64,000 bases of DNA from Bugula neritina (Eukaryota; Animalia; Bryozoa), in the NCBI GenBank assembly GCA_964035545.1, contig OZ037768.1, forward strand, positions 4,000,741 through 4,064,740, in the 5' to 3' direction. A model generated the notes under the pieces. The model saw only the letters and a program-made list of their open reading frames with translations, ran no database searches and had not been told where the DNA came from. This document shows, in pieces, positions 1-14,290 of the stretch; positions within the stretch are counted from its first letter, which is position 1; each line of letters begins with the position of its first letter. The translations under genes were made by a program, and so were the position numbers.

Positions 1-187
1 ATTAAGAAAAATATTAAAATACAATACCAGCTTCGATGTTTTCTCTTATGACATTATATCATGGTTTTTAATAGCATATAATAAAACAACTTTCATTAGC
101 AGTAATGCCTGGGATGTAGCTTTGGAGTCAATGAATGCATTATGTAGGTAACGAGTAAAACTGTGTGCGCAATGAACAAAGTAAAAT

Positions 188-250
188 GCTTACCATGACA
201 ATAGTCAGCCAATAAGAAAGCAGCTACCACCTTTCTACTACTTCTCTATA
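188..250 (-). other. Possible exon of a minus-strand gene leaving the window, ending ATG|GTAAGC
   Basis: Minus strand reads tatag|...TGTCATG|gtaagc. Further donor-like sites lie at about 574, 742 and 2142, and the promoter-like tract at 3700-4400 could be bidirectional. No recognisable protein. Confidence 0.2.
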
Positions 251-2310
251 TAATTACTTTTTTTTGTTTTTCCGTGTAGCTCTAAATATTTTTCTTTTAT
301 TATGTTCTACAGTTGCATAAAATCGTAGTGAAACTAAGCGATGGAAGAAAGTTACATAAAAGATTAATTCAGTTCATTCAGCTCTGCTTGTTAGGCTGCC
401 TTGAGAAGTCAGCAGTTTGTTTCCTGCTATCTACTATCACAGTACTAACGTAACTATTTAGTTGTTATGTATTAATATCATTCGAATGAGAATATCAGTT
501 TGAAATAGCATTTAAAGAGCTAAACAAACAAAAATAGGTGATAAAAATACTCTGAAAGCAAACGTTTATTTTACCTAGCTTAATTAGCATCAGTTTTTTT
601 AGCTGTGCTCAAGCAGTAACACAAAGTTAGGCTGTACTCAATGTAGCAGCTTTAGAGGATGTTGAAAGCTATCTTTTTACTACCATATATAAATTAATGT
701 TGTGGTTAATAGAATGCCTTATTAACTCCAGATCAATCTTACCTTACAACTTGGTTTTAGCGGCAAAAAATTGTTGATACTTTGAAAATAAAAAGTTTTA
801 ATTATGCTGGGGAGAGCCCAGACTTTTATTTGCTACAATAAACTAATAATAAATTTGATTCAGCAGTTGAAAAATTCAAATTTAGGGCGAGAATCCTGGT
901 GGTATTGAGGGTTAAGCTTTGTCTTCAAACATGCTGTAGCATGGCTTGAAGATTTCAAAGTGAATTTGCTATACTGTGATCATCAGGCTAAAGCAACACA
1001 TGCCGCTGTGACAACACCTCTAACAACTGGACGACCATTCTCTCCTTATTTCAATCCAATATAAAATTGGAAACTCACACATAATTACCACCATGCATAA
1101 GTTAGCCTGTACTTACTGTTTACATAGCCTATATCAAACATTACCTTACATATGCATACACTGTGTTATCTAAACCAAGGTACAGACATTTTAATTTTTA
1201 GAATTACAATACAAAAAGAGCGAAAGCTAGATAAAGTAGCACCAAAATTATTTACAATTTTATAGTTAATGAAATATATGGCATATAGTACAAACCTGTC
1301 AGACTTTGACACTGCATACAAACAGAATGAATTATATATTGTAGATGTGATGAATTACTAACAGCTGACCACAATAATCAATTTAAATGTAATGTTTTCT
1401 TTAATATGTAAATATTTGCTTGATAACTTGAGTAGTGTTATATTTAATTGCTTAACGTTTCTTACAAGCTGTCAGTTTTCTTGTTGCTAGACTTCACTAA
1501 CAGTTAGACTATATAACTTTACTACATCATCATATAAACTGCCTATATTATGCTGCTACTGCCGGAATAAGTTGAATTATATTAATATGTGAATATACAA
1601 ATTATAATAATTACAGAGGATTAAAAGTTTCTATTCAGGTTCCCATTGAGTTTAATCAATAGATCTTAGAAAAATTTGAAAAATATTATGGTAATTACAT
1701 GCATAATAACCATTAAATACAGATGTACTCAAAGTGAAAGTGAATGTATATGAAAATCTTTTACTTTTATAGATCAACATAATTGCTATTAACAATGGAG
1801 TCAAAAGGCACATGGACTGCTATAAAAGATTCAATCAATAGCCTTATAATACTGGTAGTGTATAACAGCACAGTCTCCTTAATAGCACTAAAACTGGAAT
1901 ACTGTTCTATGCAAGTCATGTTAATAAGTTTTAGCACAGATAACACTCAAACATTAAATACACAGGAATAGAGCACTCGGCTTGATCTAAATACTACGAT
2001 ACAGGTCTAAAAATATAATTTGCACGTGTAGCTATTCAAACAAGTTTCTTAGTGAGCTCAACCATTAAAATATACCCAACAAAGTTTCATAGCAGTCTTA
2101 GTACAATGTAATAACCTATAATAACATTGTTATCCTTTTTACCTGAATAGCCATAAGATATATAGAAATAGACAACTTTTAAGAAAAATTTTATTTTTCA
2201 AAGTTTATTGAAAATTGTCTTCTTTTCTTATCAATGGTGTTCTTAGCTACACAAAAGGGGTTTATACAAACAGATCAGCAATAAAGCATAAAATTCATAT
2301 TTTGCATGGT

Positions 2311-2534
<224 letters not shown>

Positions 2535-3699
2535 TATAACTATTTCCTTGAAGTTTGCAACCTTGACTTGTTTCTCAAAGTAGTGTTCTAACATGTTTTC
2601 AGTGTCATTAAACCTTAGGATTACATCTTGTGCTGTTATACTGCTTTCTAACTTTGTGCCACTGCTCTTTAAACTTTTTTGATTATTTGATGAAGCCATA
2701 TCTCTATTCATTAATGAAACTCTATTTTCAAGCTTTGCTCAAACACTTTATGAACACTGTATTGTATTTTGAAAGTTAATGAATGCTCCATTTGACAAAT
2801 TCAGTACAAAAGTTTTATAACTTAAGCCTTTAGAATATGGTCTTAGTAATAATTGAAATGTGCTGCAAAATATACATTAAATTTCTATCATTAACCTTGC
2901 TTTTAAAGTTTCATGAACAATATCTTAGCTATAGTTACAAATTGCTAACCTAGCCTATAGCCTTTTATCTGTCAGAAAAGTACTTGTCTAGGCTAGAAAA
3001 CCAAAAATAAGTGTTCAACTATTGAATGCCAAATGTATATAGCTGTGTCCAGGTCTCAATCTGAACAAAATCTTAGTTCTACTTCAATTTAGCCACTGTC
3101 TGGTTTCTGAATAACAAATATTCATTATACTCATCAGCAACATGGGATAGGCCATTTTTGTTTTATCATCATCCTAGTTGGTCTGGTGAAGTGGTTGCTG
3201 AAGTATGATGGATTTCGATGTTGCAGACTTCAAAGTTTAAACCCCCTAGATGGCAAAAATCTTTTCACAGAAGTCAAACTTATTAGCACATAGCTAATAT
3301 CTTAGCAATCCAGGGCTAAACTTTCTTATTTAGTGAATGAGCTTTGGAAATTATTTATCTTGTGTATGTGTGCTACAGATTGGCAATATTATAACTCTTA
3401 CATTTATCGGTAAACTATGGAACACTCAAAATAGGTCACGCCCAATGACTTGTGGCGCTCTAAAATGCAAGTAGCGACCCAAACTATCGACTTTTTCTTT
3501 CAATAACTTTGGTTTTCTCTTTGCAATTGATTGAAATTGACAATCACAATGAAATCACTAAATCAGTAACACTGCATTAAATGGTGGATGTTTATCAAGC
3601 TACAGTATTTCAATTATAAAATTTATACCAACTAAACACATGGATTACTTTTATATTATACCTATTTTGACAGCTGGTATTTTTGCTAGAAATTTATAT

Positions 3700-4400
3700 T
3701 ATTATGAATATAATAATAATGATAAATCATAATGATAATGTAAATGATAATCATAAACTTAAAGTGATCATCATAATGAATATAATTATATTAATGATAA
3801 TCATAATGATAATGACAATCATTTAATGAATATAATAATTGCATGATCATAAGGTAAATTTGAAGTAATGATGATTATACTAAATTATAGTTACAATTGA
3901 TTAATTATTGCTATAAGTATAACTATAACTATAAGTATAACTATAAGTAGTATAAGTTATAGTCTATAAGTATAAGTATAAGATTACTTTAACTTTAATT
4001 TTAGTTTTACTTTTTTCTTTTACTTTTACTGTTTTAGTGACCAAAGTGACTGTGAGTAAGTCAATAATTATAAAAATGAAAATGTAAAATATTATGATTT
4101 ATTGTCACTTGAAATTTGAATAGCATGATAATGAATATGATAATTAATACCATTATTATACTTCATTACATGCAAATATGATTATATCATTTAGTCATTA
4201 TCACTATGACTTTGTAAATTGTTTAATTTAATTTTATTGAAGGGAAACTGTGAGCACAATTAAACAATAATTAATAAAATAAATAACAATTATAATGATA
4301 ATCTGTTATCCATAATAATATAATCTCAACCTGTTACTCATTAGACATTAGTATTACTATTAGTATAAGTATGACTTGAACTATAAGTATAAGTATTTTC
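3700..4400. promoter_or_regulatory. Promoter-proximal low-complexity periodic tract upstream of EIPR1
   Basis: Runs of ATGATA/ATCATA, ACTATA/AGTATA and TTTTAC just 5' of the first coding exon. The regulatory role is inferred from position only. Confidence 0.45.
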
Positions 4401-4598
4401 AATTTAATAGTTATAATCTGAGCTGCATAAAAATAAATTTGAGTAAAAACACATTAAATTTGCCTTTCAATGTTGTGCTAAAAACTATAAACTGTTTGAG
4501 TTTTAAAGTTGATTTTTCAGTGATATTTGATTTTTAAGCTGATACGTTTATGTGGAGTATTTTTATTTGTAGATTACCAAATTAACTTTATCCTTTCC

Positions 4599-7500
4599 AT
4601 GGCAGATCCCTCCTCGATTATATATGGCTTGGAAACTCGGGTATGAAAGATTTTTTGGTTCTTTAGTTGATATTGATAGATTTTTATTTAAACAATTAAT
4701 GGCATATTTCATTTATCAGAATATTGATCTTATATAATTAGTTGAGATTAAAAATACCATTTTTACCAGTAGTAAACTTGCATTATTGTCATATCTGGAA
4801 AATTTATGTGCTCAATTTATTTCTTTTGATATTCTAATCCACCATCAAGCTATTAATACAATAAGATATCATGTAAATACATTGTCTACACCTTAAAGAT
4901 GTGTATACTGCAACTAAGTTTTAAAACTAGGAATTCTGTTAATTTTGTTGTAGTATGTATTTCTAAAATTTTTATGTGATCAAAATTAACCAATTTTCAC
5001 TGTAACTGTTATCTCTTTCTGTTCAGAATTTGTTGAGTCTATTTCTTTTACAAGTCTTGAACTATAATAAATATATTTTCTTAGGTAACTCTAATTTCAA
5101 AAAGAAATGCTGGTTTTACAGTTGATGTAACGTATACAGGATGTAATAAATTGTCAGTTTTATATAATTGTTGTTAGGCCAGAGCTTTAAGTGCTCAGTC
5201 GGCAAATGAATCAGAATCAGTAAGATTTCTGGTTGGTACTCAGTCATTCCATGGTGCTAATGAGAAAGGAGAAGACAACCAGGTATTCTAGAATGTTATT
5301 TTAAAAAATATTATTTTAATATTTGTTTAATAAGAGTTGAAAATTTAAGATGGCTCATGCCTCATAGCTTAGGCTCACCACATTGCATAGAAGTTTTGTA
5401 ACCTTATCCAGTTATTAAATGTTGGTTTAAGAGCTCTACTGCGGCTTCGTATTCACTGTTGTTGAGGAGTAGTTTATCTGTATTATGAGGTCTCTATGTG
5501 TGTAGATTCATCTTGTGGAATACGACGAGGAGAGAAACACAACTCAGAGGAACATATTCACACATTCAGTCGGCGAAGTATGGCACTTGGCCGCATCTCC
5601 GAACAACCCCCTCATGTTCTCTACTTGCTACAACAAGATATGTGAGTCTTTTGTTTGAATGGGTTATCTATGAATCTATTCTGTCAAAGTTATAGCTTTA
5701 TTATTGGAAATAATTTAGTGGGCAGTTTGCAACTAATATATAATAGTAACTGTGGCTGTGACATTACTGTTAATTTCGCTTTTATTGCTGAAATATGGTG
5801 GTGTTTGGGTTACTTCAGTAAACGTGACTCGCAACTCTCTTGGGAGCTGTATAGACTGTGCACCTACTATAATTACTGTTATTATTATATGTATAAACTT
5901 ATTTAAAACAGGCGGTGCTAAGGCTGACATGAGAGCCACACTGTGGAAGTTACCATTTGAAGACGAGAACCAGGACCTGTTAGATGACAGTTCTATACAA
6001 GACTTAGTGAAGCTGACAGATCTGGGAGCAGATCAACATGGAGATATAAGATGGTTTAGTATAGCAGAAGTTGTCTGTACAGAGTACATGCTAACTTGTT
6101 TTTTCTATTGTAACTAGTCACCAAAAGTCTAACACACTCGGTGAAACTTAGTCTAGAAAGTATTAGGCAAAAATATTAGTATTCATGAGGAAATGCTGGC
6201 AAAAAGTGAACATTTGAACACTTATGTTTGACCTGTAGAATAGGTTATTCCAACTGCTCCTGTTCTATAAAGAAAGGAAGTTCAAATCTTTCTATGTCTG
6301 CATGCTGTTTAGTGTAGAGGAATTATTAGTAGGGTTCTAAAGATCATAATTTTATCATAGTAATCATTATTTTATTCAATATTTCCTTGAGTGATGTCAT
6401 TGTTTGTTTTCTTCTGCAAAAAACATTTGCCATTTTTTTTGACACTTGCAAACACTTGCCAGGTGTGTTCAGAACTTGAATAGTTGTGGATGACTGAAGC
6501 TGTTATCTTTTGTTGTTTCAACTAAGTTTTTCCTCAGTGTAATCACCACATAGTTTTCATGGCACCTTATAATATTTATATAAACTAGTCAGTTAAATCT
6601 CTGTAATTGTTTATTATTTTATAAAGTGCTGACAGTTTTACAATCTTAATAAATTGTATTACCAACTGCTCTATTAATATAATATATTATATTATATACT
6701 AGCAAATGCTTTGATAGTATATATTATATATTATTAATTACGAAAATTACTAAAAACTGAAATTTACATTTTAGAAATTAATCAACCACTAGCTTGGCTA
6801 TCAGTTAACTTGGATAATAAAAATAGTAAAAATTCACGCAGTCACTTTTTTTGTTTTCTAATGACTATGTATTGTAATTGCAGTGTTATGTTTAGTCCAA
6901 GTGATGAAGCTAATGAACTGGTGACTCTTGGCGATATGTCATTCTATTTATGGGACATCGACAGCGGGGGAAGGGCTGAGGTGAGTTTGCTCGCCTCAAC
7001 ATGGAAAAGCTGGCATGTAGGTTTTGTAGAATAGATTGTTGAAAGGTTGCAAGGAAACGTTAGCAAAAAAATTTAACTCAAGATAATTTGGCTGATTCTT
7101 TAGTGTATACAGTGCAATGAAAACTATTAACCTGTATTTTTAATGCTAAGAAACAGTTGACAGTTGCACAAGTCACTCAATAAAATATGGGACATTGTGT
7201 GGCCAGATGCAGCTGTGTGGACAAACCAGTGGACACAGCTGTGTGGACAATGCACATATGCAGTCTTGTTAAATCTTTTGACGTGGGTAATTTCATGATG
7301 GTGCAGCAGGAACCACGTGTAGAAGTAAAAAGATACAAGCTTATGCTGAATGTTGCAGGTAAAAAGTCAATGTGCCTTAGAAGTGAAAGGTCACCCGAAG
7401 TTCACAAGCGCGAGATGGGATCCTCACCACAGATGCTCTCAAATAGCTACAACCAATGACTGCTGCATTCGAGGGTGGGACTTGAGGTCTATGAAGTGAG

Positions 7501-8074
7501 TTTCTATACTCAATATATTCTCTGCCAGTAGAGGTCTATGTTTTCTGGTCATAATGTATACACTGTGTTGCTTGGCTACTGGTGGAAGTTCAGATACTGA
7601 AGCCTATTATGTATAGCCATTACCTTTTTTATTTTTAGTATTATTTTGCTGTTGATGAAGGAATTTCCAACTACAAAATTTTAGTTGTAAAGCAGCTTCT
7701 GGACATATTTACTACCAGTGTCTAGTGATTCCTTTTTAGTAGCTGCAGTCTTGTAAAACCTGAAGTTATGCATAGACATGGTACACCTATATAGATTTTT
7801 CACACGGTCTTCATTTGTTATTTTTCATTGTATTGTACAGGCAGATATATATAATAGACAATGCACACGGTCAGCTTGTGAGAGATATGGATTTCAACCC
7901 AAATAGACAGTATATTATAGCTACATGTGGAGATGACTGCCGAACTAAATTCTGGGATTTACGATCATCGGACAAACCTCTCAAAATTTTAGATGACCAC
8001 TCCCATTGGTTAGTCCGTAGCATATATGCAAATATACATGCATATGCACTCACGCCACACACAAATAAATAAAT

Positions 8075-8157
<83 letters not shown>

Positions 8158-8885
8158 ATATATTTTTTGTAGGGTATGGAGTGTGAGGTTTAATCACTTC
8201 CATGACCAGTTGGTTCTTACAGCTAGTAGTGATAGCAGAGTAGTACTCAACAGTGTTCCTTCCCTCTCATCTGAACCTTATGGCAAACTGGTTGATGATA
8301 TTGACGACGAGGAGGGGGATGGAGATATAGAGAGCAGCGTATCTTCTTCCAGGTATTAATTATCCATTGAGATTATCCAGTCACATTTTCAAAACTTATG
8401 AAAAAAGTTTACGTTGCTTAATGTGTAGAGAGCCTTCAGTATTGGTGCCAAATCGCTCATTTCGTGGAGATAAATTAAATGTCTTAACCAAAGAAAACAA
8501 CTCATAGTTTAGCCTTGTGATGTAAATTTACTGAAAGTTACATTTTCTACATTACATGTGGCTACTGCATATTGAAGTCAGGTGTTGAATGCCTTGAAAT
8601 CTAAACTGTAAATTTGGTCACATGATCATGCTTAGGTATGCGTATAGTGATTTAAACAAATATAATACAAAGTATTTGATCATTGCTGAGGGTCTTTGTA
8701 TGCAATACAGGGTGGAGCAAGTGCTGCCTGACAGTATAGTGCAGGTGTTTGAGGAACATGAAGACAGCGTCTACTCTGTGGAGTGGTCAAACTCAGACCC
8801 CTGGGTGTTTGCGTCTCTCAGCTATGACGGCCGGCTGGTAGTCAACCATGTTCCTCGGAGCGAAAAGTACAAGATTCTTCTATGA
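4599..8885 (+). CDS. EIPR1: EARP/GARP-interacting WD40 protein (TSSC1), 9 coding exons
   Basis: Spliced translation [14 protein letters not shown]|ARALSAQ...RFLVGTQS...GEVWHL...[18 protein letters not shown]...TCGDDC...HSHW|[23 protein letters not shown]...[44 protein letters not shown], with GT-AG introns in phase. Confidence 0.95.
8077..8152. repeat. (TA)n microsatellite in an EIPR1 intron next to the 3' splice site
   Basis: Direct dinucleotide run. Confidence 0.95.
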
Positions 8886-9905
8886 CCAGTCCTTTCTATA
8901 TTTATAACACTAATTGGTGTCATTCTTTGACATCTTAGCAAATAGACTATTTATTTCTATTTAACTACTGATATGCTAATCTATCTATGTTACTAATGGC
9001 TTTTTGGGGACAGTCAGGGCTATTATATTTTTATCATTGATAGTTAGATTAGATACACTAATATATTGTACATTGCACTATACAATGAATGCTATCTTTT
9101 AGTCTGCAATGAAATGGTGAGATATGCTTACACAAGTAGCAAGTGTCTAATAAACTGAGGGCAACTTATCAGTGAGCTGGCGTAAGGGGATCATGTTTCT
9201 GCCAAACTTTTTTGTAAGCTTTAGGACTACATGCTATTTCATTATTTATCTGTTTCTCAATTCTTATGAACTGGGCAAGATTTCCATCTGAAATAGTGAT
9301 ACTTGACAAAGTTTTATTAGTTGAAAGTAATATATAGAATTGTTAAACTTCTACAATCAAAGAGGTGCAAATACATGACGTGTTGATAGTAATATAACAG
9401 AAATTATGGCAATGCAAAGAGGAATATCAAACTGTGCGAGTGATATGATTCAATGGGATACAAGTTACATCAGTAGTGAACATTGGGCTAACAGATAGTC
9501 AAAAGCATAAAATGGAAAATAATGAAACACTGACAAAACAAGTTTAGTTGGGAAAAGTGGAAAAATATGAAGATCTTATTGGTCTTGTATGAATATAAAT
9601 TACATACACAGTGTTATTGCTCACAACTGCGTATTATGTGGATACCATCTCAGGTTTACTTTCAGTGTGTGACACAATTCCCATAGAAAGTATCCATAGT
9701 AATTGTGGCATGGCCTAGATTGAATAAAGATGTAAATCTAATATCAAAAAAGCATAAAAAGTAAAATGATAAACTGTAAGCGAACTAAGATGGACGTGGA
9801 CTCTCTCCTACTCTACAGTTTAAGTAAGTGTACAAGTGAGCCTTTTGAGTTTAGCATTTAATCATAGAACAAGTCAAAAACATATCTTTCAGCTAAAGTT
9901 TTCCA

Positions 9906-10877
9906 TTATGCAAAAGTCTTCTTCAAGCTCTCTGGTGTAGTACTATCACTGAAATGCTTTGAGGTATATTTCAGTGCATCCAGCAAGTTGGTATTACCAG
10001 CATGCTGCTTTAAAACTCTCACATATTTCTCCATTTCTATGACAGACGTTTTTACAAAGGCTCCGTTTGGATGGACGTGATCAAAGAGTATGAGTACTCC
10101 CACCATTACCCGAAGTATAAACATGACCGTGTCGTTGTTGACCAGCCTATCTCGGTACACAGTAGATGTGATCATAACTCGACAAATGGCCGCCATTTTA
10201 GCTAGTGTCTCAGTTATATTTTCTAAGGGTATATCATCATGTTCTAACACAAACCTAGATGTTGTATCACTAACGCATTTCATCATTGGTCGAGATTCAG
10301 CAAAGAATAGAGACATCCTTCCTTGCACCTCGCTTGTCATTCCGTGATCATCTTCCATTTGGGAGTTATCAGCTCTCATCCGCAACTGATTGAATCTGCG
10401 ACGGTAATAACTGAAATCATTCTGAACAGAGGGCGTAACCATCTTAGCCTCGTCAAAAGACAGCGTGTAGTCTAGAACCTGGGCAAACTGCCGGAAGAGA
10501 GCCTGCTGCTGCTCCAGATGCTCCATGCTGGTCATGTTTCCAGAACACAGATCGGTGAGCAGCAGCACTACCACGTTTTCTATCTGCTTTGAAAAGTCAT
10601 AGTAGGACTTGAGATTGTCAACATGCTTTTGTACGGCTTCCCACGCACTCTGCTGTGCCTCTTCGCTGTGCGGGTTGTTGATAGCTTCTCGAATCTCTAC
10701 AGTCGCTCCCTTATATCCCTGCATGTCTTCAAGGACAGCTTTCGCCTGCTCCATCACATTCTCGACATTTCTATAAGTGACTTCCTCTTGCTCAGTAGGC
10801 TGTGCGTTCTCAAAGTCGACAAAGACGTCAACATCTTTGGAGTGAGGGTTTCTCAGAATACTCAGTAGCTTCCCCAT
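9906..10877 (-). CDS. CYRI: CYFIP-related Rac1 interactor (FAM49/CYRI, DUF1394), single coding exon
   Basis: 323-aa ORF: MGKLLS (myristoylation-type N-terminus), VFVDFENAQPT, FDEAKMVTPSVQNDFSYYRR, RMSLFFAESRPM, LRVMVGVLILFDHVHPNGAF, LLDALKYTSKH. A 5'UTR acceptor lies near 10937. Confidence 0.95.
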   Translation of the reverse strand: MGKLLSILRNPHSKDVDVFVDFENAQPTEQEEVTYRNVENVMEQAKAVLEDMQGYKGATVEIREAINNPHSEEAQQSAWEAVQKHVDNLKSYYDFSKQIENVVVLLLTDLCSGNMTSMEHLEQQQALFRQFAQVLDYTLSFDEAKMVTPSVQNDFSYYRRRFNQLRMRADNSQMEDDHGMTSEVQGRMSLFFAESRPMMKCVSDTTSRFVLEHDDIPLENITETLAKMAAICRVMITSTVYRDRLVNNDTVMFILRVMVGVLILFDHVHPNGAFVKTSVIEMEKYVRVLKQHAGNTNLLDALKYTSKHFSDSTTPESLKKTFA

Positions 10878-13449
10878 TACATCAGAATATTATGTGTAGA
10901 CAGTGAGTGAGAGTATGGAGACTTTAGTCAGTAGTTCTACAAAACAGACATACAAGATTGAGAGGCGCTAAAACTGCTCACTGTTACATTGTTACTTCAT
11001 CACAACCCAGGCTGACTGCAAAGGAACAGTTAATTTGCATTGTAACCCATATTACCTAGTAATGATTATGCATGCATGTTACTCAAGCAGCAGCAAAGGG
11101 GACTGACTAGTGGCTAAAGCAGCTGCATACAAAGCCTATATTTAGAATGTATTGATAAGAAATGCACACAGCTCCTTAATGCCTTTTAAATAGTTATTTT
11201 CTCAACTACTGCTCACTATTCATGCAACTTCCTTGTTTTAATCAAATAAGTTTACAACTTGGAGCGTATCATTGACCTTATATGGAATTCAAAGACATTG
11301 GAACTGTAACCACTTATAGAATAAACCAGTCATTGGCTAAGAAGTCATGCAAGAGACTCATTCCTTCCAAATTATAACAAAAAATTTTAAATGCAGAAAG
11401 CCAAGAAGCAGTAGATATTAAATCAGTGCATTAATGAACAGGTCAATTGAACTGAAAAGGCCTAACCTACTGCGATACACCTAATACTAAAATATGCTAC
11501 AACAGAGTAAGTATAAGGAGAACTTTCGTTGGCTAAAAGTGACTTAATTTTACATTTAAAACCTCTCCTCTCTTCCTCAAAGTTAACAACTACTACTACT
11601 ACTAAGCGATTGACAGGTTATCCTATGTCTGATAGTTGGCTCACATAATAAATTTTACCTGCAATTACAATTGGTAGATTACTTCCGTTTAGTAACTATA
11701 TTGAGGTTATTTTCTAGTTTCCGTAATTATTCTTGTGGTAAAATCAAAGATTTTGTTAGGGCTTGATATATTAGGTTGAAATAATGCAAACTGGTCATTT
11801 TGTCCATTACACATTTAACAAAGCAAAGCCTGTTAGAAAACCAGTTCTGTATTTACTAATCACACTGGTTGGATGTTGAAATGGGTCCACATGGTACAAA
11901 GGTGCTATTTAAAGATAAAGAAAACAGATATAAGATATACATTGTATATATAATAAATATTAGGAAATGATTTTTAAAAAGTACTTATATGTTTATAGTT
12001 TTGTTATAGCAGCTAGTTTTCTTTCACAAATTGAACTAGTTTGACGGACTTTACTATTGGTAGCATACAAAGAAATTTTAGAACGTACAAATAGTTGTCG
12101 AAAACATTAACACTTTTAAGAGCAAAGAAATCTAATGTGAATCCTAGGTCAGAGCTTGCCAGCAACCAAACCATGCTAAATTGTAGGACCAGCTGACCGG
12201 TCTTGTATGAGTGCTAGAGCAACTATGGGCATGCTCAAAGAGTTTTAGAAATAGTAATGATGCATCGAGTGACACTTGAATCAAACAATCATTAGATTTG
12301 GTTTCTAACTATGGTTACATTCTTGTTATTCATCAATAAATTTGGATGCTTGATCTTCAGTTCAAGTTTAAACTAAATTCCCCTTTAACAATTGAGGCTT
12401 ACTTTAAACAATTTGCAATGATCTATTCTAAGTGAATAGTACAATAGCTGACTTAATAATAGTTTGTGTCTGCATAAACTAGAGTGACTGTGAGTCAGTA
12501 TTCACCCGGTAGCAACTTCCTACAGAGTCTATCAGCAACTATTACAACAATCATATTGAATAAAATTTTGGTACATAACAGCCAACATATATTTCTCCAT
12601 ATTGGTCACTTTGCCTAATTACTTACTTGCAAGTTACATTTCAACATTAATGCATTTGTCAAACCATCTCGAGCTGATATACTTATCAAGGAGCTATACT
12701 ATGTTGTGTAAAATAACCAAGACTAATACTCAACGTTACCTCATAAAGATTGGTTTGATGGTGTGTAGAATGAGGGTGCATTTTGCTGCTAGATGATTTG
12801 GTGCTACTACGGTTCATAATAAAACATTACTGTCATAATGATAGTAAGAAAGAAGGCTCTGCAGCATACTTGATACCAATAGTAGACAATTATAATTACC
12901 ATAATCACGGCAGCCTGAGTCACAATCACAACATGATCATGTAAATGACACAAAGACTAGGAATAACCATTAGATTAATTATATTGATTAGTTATTATTA
13001 GTTACAATAGCAAGAAAAACAACTAGAATAAGCAGCTATCACACAGACTGTAGTTTAATTGAAAACACTGAGAGTTGAGGTGCTGTGAGAGTTATACCAG
13101 AAATATTTTAATTTTGTTTCACTTTTTATTTATATCACCAATATTTGAGTATAGGCATTGCTATCATAGGGAGTATCACTAAGAATATGTCACAATCATT
13201 AGAGTTTACTAATATTTATATTTTAGCAGGAGCTGATACTTGGACTTGTGCAACTTCAGTCTTAAAAGTAAACTGAAGGTTAACTAAAACTTTGGGCATA
13301 AAGTTAAGCCTAGGCTCAGGAGATTTGCTAAATCTGTGCTGAAACATTACTATTATATTTTTTGACGAGGATAAGAACAATTATCATAAAAATATCAGAC
13401 TAGGAGCAAACTTTCTAGCCTCAGTCTTTTTAATTAAAATCTGTAACGT

Positions 13450-14290
13450 AATATTAATAAGATCCCTTAAAGTCAAAGTCAAAATTAGAGTCAACATAAA
13501 GTTGAATGATGAACAAGTATAAGACTCCGACTGAAAGTGAGCATTAAAGTTAAGCTTGCTCTGTTTTCTAGAGTAAAACTTTTAGTAAAACAATTTTCTT
13601 CAACTAATTAACAAAATCAAACCACATTTTATGAATTTTGTTAGTATCAGTATCATAATCATGATGATAATTATCATCATCATCATTGTAATTGTCACAC
13701 TGTAAGTGTTGTAGTTCAAAGACAAATTGAAATATCAACATGAAATAAAAACAAAACTAAAACTAAAAGTTAATTGAAACTCAGACGCATAACATTTTCA
13801 CTAACGATTAGAGTAACACTGACAGTAACTGTAAATAAAAAACAGTAAAGATAAAAGACTTATAAGACTAAGACTAAGTTATAATTCATTAATTGTCTTA
13901 TAACTGTAGGTGTAAATATAACTATAACTATAACTCAATCAAAGCAAACTTAAAATGAAGTACAACTAACAATAATTGTAAACTAGAAAAGAATATTTAT
14001 GAAGTATATTCATAATGAGTAATGACAAATCACTAAAAGTTTAATGATTAAAACTAAAAGTAAAAATGAAGCTAAAAATGAAACTGATTCTGAAAGTCAA
14101 CACAAAACTCAAAACACAAATGACAAATCAAAGACTTGAACTTGAAGTTGAAGAGAAGACTCAAACTCAAAGTACAACTATTGAACTAATACTAATACTA
14201 TTAGTATTAGTTCAATAGGTATTACTATTAGTATTACTATTACTAATAGTATTAGTATTAGTAATAGTAATTATACAATTAAATGATTCA
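13450..14290. promoter_or_regulatory. Low-complexity palindromic tract in the CYRI/TAF2 divergent intergenic region
   Basis: ACTAAA, ACTATA and ATTAGT runs; perfect 41-bp palindrome at 14178-14218; ETS-like ACTTCCG near 14488. Confidence 0.45.

Noticed and set aside
4560-4600. Acceptors just upstream of several ATGs as spliced-leader trans-splice sites or operons
   Set aside because: Upstream cis donor-like sites exist for some genes and orientations alternate, so these cannot be distinguished from 5'UTR introns without transcripts.
7210-7250. Short direct repeat CAGCTGTGTGGACAA x2 in an EIPR1 intron
   Set aside because: Ordinary local duplication with no further structure.
10090-10868. Plus-strand ORFs overlapping CYRI, and similar antisense ORFs over other exons
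   Set aside because: Shadow frames of real coding sequence.
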